The notes under the pieces are model-generated. The model had not been told where the DNA came from. It was given only the letters and a program-made list of their open reading frames with translations, and searched no databases. Of a stretch of 64,000 bases of DNA, positions 57,302 through 64,000 are shown in pieces. The DNA is taken from NCBI GenBank assembly GCA_030431975.1, contig JAUIHP010000024.1:5321-69320 (forward strand), read 5' to 3'. The position numbers and the translations under genes are program-made. Positions within the stretch are counted from its first letter, which is position 1; each line of letters opens with the position of its first letter. This DNA comes from a bacterium. GTDB taxonomy: Bacteria; Eisenbacteria; RBG-16-71-46; CAIMUX01.

Positions 57302-58165
57302 ATGGAAGCACCCATCACCTCTTCCCATAACCCGCAGGTGACGCGGGTCCGAAAGTGGATCAATCGCCCGCAGGTCTGCCGGCGCGACGGCGTCCTCGTG
57401 GCCGACGGTATCCACCTTGTCCAGGAAGCTCTCGAGGCGGGTCTTTCCTGCCGGGTCATTTTTGCCGACTCGCGGAGCAGCCATCCCGAGGTGAAGGAGA
57501 TCCTGGACTCGGCAGACGAGCGCCGTCTTCCTGTCTATCCCGTGATGCCCCACATCCTCCGGGCCGTTTCCGGGGTCGAGACGCCGCAGGGGCTGATCGG
57601 CGTCTTCGAACGGCCGGCATTCGAACCCTCCGCCTTTTGGCGAGCTGCCCTCGAGACGTCTCCGGTCCATGTCGTCGTCGCGGCTGGAGTCCAGGATCCG
57701 GGAAACATGGGGAGCCTGATCCGAACGGCCCGGGCCGCAGGCATCCGTGGACTGGTCTGCACGCGCGGCACGGTGGATCCCTACCATCACCGGGCGCTGC
57801 GCGCCTCGATGGGCGCCGCTCTTTCCTTCCCCATTCTCCTCGACGTCGAAGAAGAGACTCTGATCTCCCAGCTGGAGAAGGCCGGTCTTCGAACGGCTGG
57901 GCTCGCTCCGCGCGGGACAACCGATCTGGATGAAATCGATCCCCAGTACCCGACGGCGTGGGTCTTCGGATCGGAAGGACAAGGGTTACCCAAGGACATC
58001 GGTGACGCCATTGATCTCAACGTGAAGATCCCGATGGAACCGGGTGTCGAGTCGCTGGCCGTGCCGGCCGCGGGCGCGGTCGTGTTCTACTGGCTGTACC
58101 TGTTCGGGCGCGACAAGCAGCGCAACGGTGACGGCGTTCGGGCCGACCGTTCGCAGCCAGCCTAA
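57302..58165 (+). CDS. TrmH/SpoU-family RNA methyltransferase
   Basis: ITSSHNP, VQDPGNMGSLIRTA, RASMGA, FGSEGQGL, IPM..VESL. Confidence 0.93.
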   Translation: MEAPITSSHNPQVTRVRKWINRPQVCRRDGVLVADGIHLVQEALEAGLSCRVIFADSRSSHPEVKEILDSADERRLPVYPVMPHILRAVSGVETPQGLIGVFERPAFEPSAFWRAALETSPVHVVVAAGVQDPGNMGSLIRTARAAGIRGLVCTRGTVDPYHHRALRASMGAALSFPILLDVEEETLISQLEKAGLRTAGLAPRGTTDLDEIDPQYPTAWVFGSEGQGLPKDIGDAIDLNVKIPMEPGVESLAVPAAGAVVFYWLYLFGRDKQRNGDGVRADRSQPA

Positions 58166-58168
58166 GGC

Positions 58169-58259
58169 CTTAGGTCTTAGGTCTTAGGTCTTAGGTCTTA
58201 GGTCTTAGGTCTTAGGTCTTAGGTCTCAGGTCTCAGGTCTCAGGTCTCAGGTCTCAGGT
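58169..58259. repeat. Heptamer tandem repeat: 8x CTTAGGT then 5x CTCAGGT
   Basis: Direct count of 13 contiguous units starting 4 nt after the TrmH stop. Confidence 0.97.
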
Positions 58260-58430
58260 CTCAACCTGCCTAGGATCTCAACTAGGCGAAGGTCTCAATC
58301 CTGCCAGGGTTCCAGCCCGCCCAACTCCCGTGCCCGACAACCTTTCCGCCTCGTTTTCGCGAAGTCCCCCACCTGCGCTAAGATCGAACCCGCAACATCC
58401 GCACTCCACTTCGACTCCAGGAGGTCGCCC

Positions 58431-59942
58431 TTGCTATCCCGAAGTGAAATCACCTGTCCCTCGACTCTACTCGCCACCGTGTTTTTCTCGAGCCTTCTAA
58501 CCTGGGGGGTCCATGCCGAGGCTGCCCAGCTGGAGAAGGTGGTGGCCGACATCGAAAAGCCGATCACCGTGACGTCGCCGCCGGGCGATGCTCGTGAGTT
58601 CTTCATCGAACAGGAGGGACGCATTCGCATCATCGACGCGAGCGGACAAGTCCTCGCCACACCCTTTCTCGACATCACGTCGCTCGTCGAGTGGGACGGG
58701 CTTTTTCAGGGCCTCCTCGGGCTGGCCTTCCATCCCGACTATGCGAGCAACGGCTACTTCTTCGTCGACTACCTCGTCGCAGGTGGAGACACGCGCATCT
58801 CGCGATTCGAAGTGTCCTCTGATCCCAACGTCGCCGACCCAGGTTCCGAGTCTGTCGTCATCACCATCGATCAACCCGGAACCGACCACAATGGCGGCTA
58901 CATCGCGTTCGGGCCGCAGGACGGCTACCTCTATGTTTCGATGGGTGACGGCGGCTTTGGCGGAAGCCATCACGAGAACGGACAGGACACGAACGTCCTT
59001 CTCGGCAAGATCCTGCGCCTCGACGTCGACGTTTCCTCGGGTTACCAGATCCCTCCTGACAATCCGTTCGTCGGTGTGCCCGGTTACCGCGAAGAGATCT
59101 GGGCGTTTGGACTGCGCTCTCCCTGGGGAATGAGTTTCGACCGGGAAACCCACGATCTCTGGATTGCCGACGTCGGTCTGAACTCCTGGGAAGAACTCAA
59201 CTTCCAGCCTGCCGCAAGCACCGGGGGCGAGAACTACGGGTGGAGCCGGATGGAAGGCAACCATTGCTACCAACCGCCTTCAGACTGTGACGACGGCTCG
59301 ATGATCCATCCCATCTACGAGTATCCGCACGGCCCTCTTTGCTCGATCAACGGAGGGTTCGTCTATCGCGGTTCGGCAATCCCCGAGTACCAAGGGCTGT
59401 ACTTCTTCTCGGACTGGTGTACGAGTCAGATCTGGACCATCGAATACGACGGGAACGAAGTCACCGAGCTCGTCAACCGCACTGCCGAACTCGCACCTCC
59501 GGGCGGAGAGTCCTTCAGTTTTCTCTCCGGGTTCGGTCAGGACGCAGACGGCGAGTTGTATGTCATCGACTGGAACTGGACGAATCCCAACTCGGGACAG
59601 ATCTACAAGATCGTGCCGGATGCAGCCGACGCTCCCCTGGACACTGAGGCGACCTCTGCGGGTTCGGGCCTCGAACTTCGTTTTGCACAACCCAACCCTT
59701 TCCAGAGTCACACGCGCATTCAACTCACGGCGGCCCCGGGCACGAGCGTCGACCTCTCGATTCACAGCCCGTCCGGTCGTCTCGTTTGGTCGGAGCGTAT
59801 CGAAAGGTCCGACTCGGAATTGCACTGGATCGAATGGGACGGACGTGACGCCACAGGGACGCGCCTACCCTCCGGCACGTACTTCCTGAAAGCGCAGAGC
59901 GGCGAGACTGTTCGTTCGCAACGCATTCACATCGTGAGATAG
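58431..59942 (+). CDS. PQQ-dependent sugar dehydrogenase (GSDH family) with FlgD/T9SS CTD
   Basis: GLLGLAFHPDY, HNGGYIAFGP.DGYLY, LGKILR, EIWAFGLRSPW, ADVG..EELN; CTD QPNPF..WDGRDATG..LPSGTYF. Confidence 0.9.
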   Translation: MLSRSEITCPSTLLATVFFSSLLTWGVHAEAAQLEKVVADIEKPITVTSPPGDAREFFIEQEGRIRIIDASGQVLATPFLDITSLVEWDGLFQGLLGLAFHPDYASNGYFFVDYLVAGGDTRISRFEVSSDPNVADPGSESVVITIDQPGTDHNGGYIAFGPQDGYLYVSMGDGGFGGSHHENGQDTNVLLGKILRLDVDVSSGYQIPPDNPFVGVPGYREEIWAFGLRSPWGMSFDRETHDLWIADVGLNSWEELNFQPAASTGGENYGWSRMEGNHCYQPPSDCDDGSMIHPIYEYPHGPLCSINGGFVYRGSAIPEYQGLYFFSDWCTSQIWTIEYDGNEVTELVNRTAELAPPGGESFSFLSGFGQDADGELYVIDWNWTNPNSGQIYKIVPDAADAPLDTEATSAGSGLELRFAQPNPFQSHTRIQLTAAPGTSVDLSIHSPSGRLVWSERIERSDSELHWIEWDGRDATGTRLPSGTYFLKAQSGETVRSQRIHIVR

Positions 59943-59997
59943 CAACGGCTCAAGTCGCGGCCGCCAGACGGGCGCCAGCGGGACACCAGAAGGGGCG

Positions 59998-60465
59998 CTA
60001 CGGAATGCCTTCGAAGTCGTCGGTGATGATGTCGACGACGACGACGTGGGCATTCTCCGTCCCTTCATTCTTCCACCAATGAACGAGTCCGTTCGTCTCG
60101 AGCACGACGTCACCGGCGCGCCGCACCTGCGTCCCGCCATCCTTACGTCGCTCGACGACCCGTCCGGAAATGATGTAGGCGATCGACGGCCTGGAGTCGT
60201 GACGATGAACCGCGATCTCCCCGCCCGGGCTCAGGACGATTTCGCGGGCGCGCATGTTCCGGCCCTTCGTCGAAGAGAACTCATCCTCCAGATCGATCGA
60301 ACCCAGAACGGTCGCCGACTCGACACCGCTGGAAACCGTCGGGCCCTCCATCAGCGGCGGAGGAACGGGATCTGCTTCGGCGACGACCTTCGGCTTCGAC
60401 GAACCGCATCCGATTCCGGCGAGAAGAAAGAGTAGAACCAGGCAGCGACAGACTCGTGTTTCCAT
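59998..60465 (-). CDS. Cupin-domain lipoprotein
   Basis: Lipobox-like LAGIGC; PGG..VHRH..P..YIISG...E; AGD..E...HWWKN. Confidence 0.82.
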   Translation of the reverse strand: METRVCRCLVLLFLLAGIGCGSSKPKVVAEADPVPPPLMEGPTVSSGVESATVLGSIDLEDEFSSTKGRNMRAREIVLSPGGEIAVHRHDSRPSIAYIISGRVVERRKDGGTQVRRAGDVVLETNGLVHWWKNEGTENAHVVVVDIITDDFEGIP

Positions 60466-60651
60466 CGAGGCGAACTCCTTTCACGGGTGATGCTGGACCT
60501 TCGGACGGACTATTCACGAACGTGAAGGCACGCGCAACTGTGTAGCGCGAAGGTCTTCGACGCCTCTCCACGACTTCACGAGACCCAGCGTCGACGGCGG
60601 GACCCGGCCATGGAAGCGAGTCCGCACTCATCGTCACGGAGTGTATCTGGG

Positions 60652-60690
60652 AAACAAAAGAACGAGCCTCCCGGAAAGGAAGGCTCGTTC
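60652..60690 (-). terminator. Intrinsic terminator of the lamin-tail gene
   Basis: Minus strand GAACGAGCCT...AGGCTCGTTC followed by TTTTGTTT. Confidence 0.8.
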
Positions 60691-60745
60691 GTCTTAACTC
60701 TCGTCACGAACTCTCATCCGCGACGAAGGTATCTGCAAGGGTCGT

Positions 60746-62212
60746 TTAGTTCTTGAACGAACCCTTGATCTGACCCCAGCTCCGCTCGATCGTCGGAACG
60801 ATGTCGCACGGGTTCGGGTCGCAGACCGTGTCGTCTCCCTGGTAGACTCCCGGACGCGCGGCACATTCATCCTCGGTCAGGATCTCGCACATCTCTTCGA
60901 CGCAGCAGGCGCCTTCGCGCATCGGACCGCAGTCCGGATCGTCGAGGGTGAAGTCGGCGAGGGAGCGCGGACGCATCTGGTAACCCTCGTCGTAGGGCGA
61001 GGAGCTGTCGAACTGACCACCGATACCGAGAACGCTGAACGCGCCGCCCGGAGTGGCGGTACCGTCGATGTCCGTCTCCTTGTCGATACGCATCGTCGTC
61101 GGGCCGGAGCCGTCGTCAACCGTCAGGTTGCCGTTGCTGCCGTCCGCCGGGAACTCGCTGCCATCGGTGATGGTGACGCAGGTCAGCTTGATGAGGCAGC
61201 TCTCGTAGATCTCTCCGCCGGTGGCGAGATCGTTCGTGGAGACCTCGATCGCAGCCGGGACCGCGTCCGTTCCGATGACGGCAACGTCGTCGATGCTGAC
61301 CTCGGTCAGACCGTTGAAGAAGTCGACCTCACCCGTGACGAGAACGACGTCGCCGATATTGAGCGCAGCCATGTCACCACCAAAGATCGTGACGCAGCAG
61401 CCACCATCGGTGATGGAGTACTCGTTCGTGGTGTTGGAGAAGTTGATGCTGTTGACGACACCCTCGGTCTCGACACGCTGGCCGAAGAGAACCGGGAAGC
61501 CGTTCATATCGTTCTCCATGATCTCGCAGACGGTCAGCTGCTGGTAGGCACACGGATCCGGATCACAGACCGTGTCGTCGCCCAGGTACTCACCACCAAG
61601 TCCGTTACAGTCGGCCTCGGAAACGACCTGACAGCCGGCACCCGGAACGCAGCAGGCGCCCATCGGAACCATGGCGCATTCGACGTCGTTGGCAGAACCC
61701 GGCGTCGGTGTGTCGTCAGCAAAGAAGTCCGCGCCGTTGTTGTCCGTGTCGGAACCGTCCGGGCAACGGGCGATGGAGATGTCCGGACCCGGATCGACGG
61801 TCGGCGTACCCTCGCCTGCAAAGACCTCGTCCGGATCGAAGGAACCGTAACCGACGGCGTCGATGGTGGCGCCAGCGGCGTCGCGAAGGAGGATCGAGTC
61901 CGGTCCGTTCTGGAAGTCGGTGTCGGCGATCTGATCACCGAAGGCCTGACCGACGACGAAGTAGCCGCTGGCCGGAATGAGGCCGACGAGGTCGACGGTC
62001 ATGTACTCGGTACCACCGTTGCCATTCACGCCGACGAGGGTGTAACCCGTCAGGTCCAACCCGGCGTCACCCTTGATCTCGACCCAGGTCTCGTCGTCGC
62101 CGCCGGCATCGTCATACACGGCTTCGTTGATCACCGGCTGGGCCAGAGCGGCAGTACCGGCGAAGGCCAGTCCAGCGATGGCAAAGAAACCTGTCCGTAG
62201 CCAATGCTTCAT
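60746..62212 (-). CDS. Secreted lamin-tail-domain protein with OB-like domains, two Cys-rich repeats and WGxIK tail
   Basis: Signal peptide; PVINE..D..WVEI; DAVGYG; SIARCPDG.DT; PTPG..N; GACC...C...C...YxGDDTVCDPxPC twice; tail SWGQIKGSFKN. Confidence 0.82.
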   Translation of the reverse strand: MKHWLRTGFFAIAGLAFAGTAALAQPVINEAVYDDAGGDDETWVEIKGDAGLDLTGYTLVGVNGNGGTEYMTVDLVGLIPASGYFVVGQAFGDQIADTDFQNGPDSILLRDAAGATIDAVGYGSFDPDEVFAGEGTPTVDPGPDISIARCPDGSDTDNNGADFFADDTPTPGSANDVECAMVPMGACCVPGAGCQVVSEADCNGLGGEYLGDDTVCDPDPCAYQQLTVCEIMENDMNGFPVLFGQRVETEGVVNSINFSNTTNEYSITDGGCCVTIFGGDMAALNIGDVVLVTGEVDFFNGLTEVSIDDVAVIGTDAVPAAIEVSTNDLATGGEIYESCLIKLTCVTITDGSEFPADGSNGNLTVDDGSGPTTMRIDKETDIDGTATPGGAFSVLGIGGQFDSSSPYDEGYQMRPRSLADFTLDDPDCGPMREGACCVEEMCEILTEDECAARPGVYQGDDTVCDPNPCDIVPTIERSWGQIKGSFKN

Positions 62213-62599
62213 TGGGATGTATCTCCTTGAAAGGAAGCTGCCAAAATCTCAGTCATCGAAATCTGAGGACCGCACGGGAACGACCCTCCCTACCTTGTCC
62301 GAGCCCTTCCCCCCTACGCGTCGCAACACGCAGAAAACCGGGCCTGGATCCCGTAACGCAATGCAGCAAATTCTACCGGGCTGGTTCACGCGGGTCAATC
62401 AGCGGCCATTTACCTCACGGAAACCTCGTACCGGAACACCTTGTCGAATAATGTCCATTTTAGGCAGGATGCGGCATCGGCCAGAGCAGACTAAAGTACC
62501 GGGGGAAAACGAGTTCGAACCGCGGGAAGGCTTGTAGAGCCAGCGTTCCTTCCCCCTTTCGGGACGATCTGAGGGCCCGCGCGGCCGGAGAATGAAACC

Positions 62600-63964
62600 A
62601 TGACGGCACCGCTCCCGAGCCCGGCCCAGGTCGACCGCACCCGTCTGGTGGGCTACAGCCTCTACGACTTCGCCAACTCGGCCTTCGCCACGACCATCCT
62701 GGCAGTCCTCTTCAACCAGTACTACGCCCAGGCCGTGGCCGGCGGCGCCGAGGGAGTCTCGATTCTCGGCCGGCAGGTCCCGGGCGCCACCATCTGGGCC
62801 TGGCTCGTTTCCCTGTCCATGGCCACGGTGGTCCTGAGTGGTCCTCTGCTCGGAGCTCTCGCCGACAGGACCGGAGGACGGATCCGGTTTCTCGCCGCGT
62901 TCTGGCTGCCAGGGTGCGTCCTGACGGCGCTTCTCGCCACTGTGGGTGAAGGAGAGTGGATCCGGGGAGCGTGGATCTTCGGAGGGGCCTATTTCGCCTT
63001 CTCAGCGTCCTCCATTTTCTACAACGCCCTGTTGGTCGAGGTCGGCCCGCGAGAATCTCTGGGACGCGTCTCCGGCATCGCCTGGGGATTCGGCTACGTC
63101 GGCGGTGCGCTTCTTCTGGTCGTCAACCTCCTAATGTTGCAGGCGCCGCAGAAGCTCGGTTTCGAAGAGGGAGCGTTCACGATCCACGACTGCTTTCTCT
63201 CTGTGGCGATCTGGTGGTTTGTCTTCACGCTTCCGACCCTGTGGATCTTTCGAAACGAACGCGGGAGTTCCTCCCATCCCGAAACCAAACCAGCGGTCGG
63301 CTTGGGACAACTTCTTCAGGACGCGCTGCGGGATGTGAAGAAGACCGCCGGAAAGATCTCGCGGCAGCGGAACCTACGACGCTTTCTGTTCTCCTACCTC
63401 GTCTACAACGACGGCGTGCAAACGGTCGTGGCCATGGCGTCGGTCTTCGGAGCCGATCAACTCGGGATGGAAGCGTCCGAACTCATCGTATACTTCCTGC
63501 TCATTCAGGCGACGGCGTTCCTCGGATCGAGCGTGCTCGGTTGGTGGGCAGACCGGTGGGCGCACAAACCGGTTCTGATGGTTTGCGTCGTCTCCTGGTC
63601 ACTGCTCACGGCTTGGGGAGCCGCCATCGGCATCTTCGGAAACGCCAAGACGGAGTACTGGATACTCGGCGGCATCGCCGGACTCTTCCTCGGAGGCGTG
63701 CAGACCTGTTCGCGCTCACTGACGGCGCAATGGGTTCCCGAAGGCGGCGAATCGGAGTTCTTTGGATTCTTCTCGATCATGACCCGACTTGCGGCCGTCG
63801 TCGGACCGCTCGTCTACGGCGGATTGGTCTTCGCCACGGGAAGCCTGCGCATGGCCATTCTCTCGGTCACGGTGTTCTTCATCATCGGGGGCTGGCTCTT
63901 GTTCGGCGTCGACGAGTCCAAGACGTCGACCGAACGGCGAGTGCTCGAGACAGAGGCTGGCTGA
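62600..63964 (+). CDS. MFS transporter (UMF1/Atg22 family)
   Basis: LYDFANSAF, FYNALL, SG.AWGFGYVGG, YNDGVQTV, EFFGF. Confidence 0.9.
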   Translation: MTAPLPSPAQVDRTRLVGYSLYDFANSAFATTILAVLFNQYYAQAVAGGAEGVSILGRQVPGATIWAWLVSLSMATVVLSGPLLGALADRTGGRIRFLAAFWLPGCVLTALLATVGEGEWIRGAWIFGGAYFAFSASSIFYNALLVEVGPRESLGRVSGIAWGFGYVGGALLLVVNLLMLQAPQKLGFEEGAFTIHDCFLSVAIWWFVFTLPTLWIFRNERGSSSHPETKPAVGLGQLLQDALRDVKKTAGKISRQRNLRRFLFSYLVYNDGVQTVVAMASVFGADQLGMEASELIVYFLLIQATAFLGSSVLGWWADRWAHKPVLMVCVVSWSLLTAWGAAIGIFGNAKTEYWILGGIAGLFLGGVQTCSRSLTAQWVPEGGESEFFGFFSIMTRLAAVVGPLVYGGLVFATGSLRMAILSVTVFFIIGGWLLFGVDESKTSTERRVLETEAG

Positions 63965-64000
63965 AACCTCAAGACGATGGCAGCCTGAGAGACCGGCTAG

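Noticed and set aside
58169-58224. Telomere-like TTAGG repeat as eukaryotic contamination
   Set aside because: A short internal heptamer flanked by continuous bacterial genes; a VNTR is the simpler explanation.

Overview
High-GC (roughly 65%) bacterial chromosomal segment. Its gene content is typical of the FCB group, most like Candidatus Eisenbacteria or Krumholzibacteriota; this is an inference from PorU/PorV, FlgD-type CTDs and WGxIK tails. The left 22 kb is one minus-strand, partly translationally coupled envelope/type IX secretion (T9SS)-like cluster. Its order is porU, DUF2723/TMEM260-like glycosyltransferase, porV, M6 metalloprotease with CTD, two DUF5683-like paralogs, NHL propeller, SprA-like large barrel, BamA/TamA-family protein and a PpiC lipoprotein, with a divergent GT9. 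The rest is mostly housekeeping: accA, mscS, a pyrE-NUDIX fusion, lexA, an lpdA-lipB-E1(alpha/beta)-E2-lipA 2-oxoacid dehydrogenase cluster, a DHH phosphoesterase, an SBP/histidine kinase pair, GT2/GT87, CCA enzyme, bshB1, mrfB-mrfA, acylphosphatase, TrmH, cupin and MFS. Several secreted proteins carry one of two different C-terminal sorting signals. Notable non-coding signals are Gram-positive-type LexA boxes (GAAC-N4-GTTC) at lexA and mrfA, apparent non-canonical CTG/ATT starts, a structured pyrE leader and many short tandem repeats. I recognised no rRNA, tRNA, CRISPR array or mobile element. All family calls come from motif recognition by eye; no searches were run.
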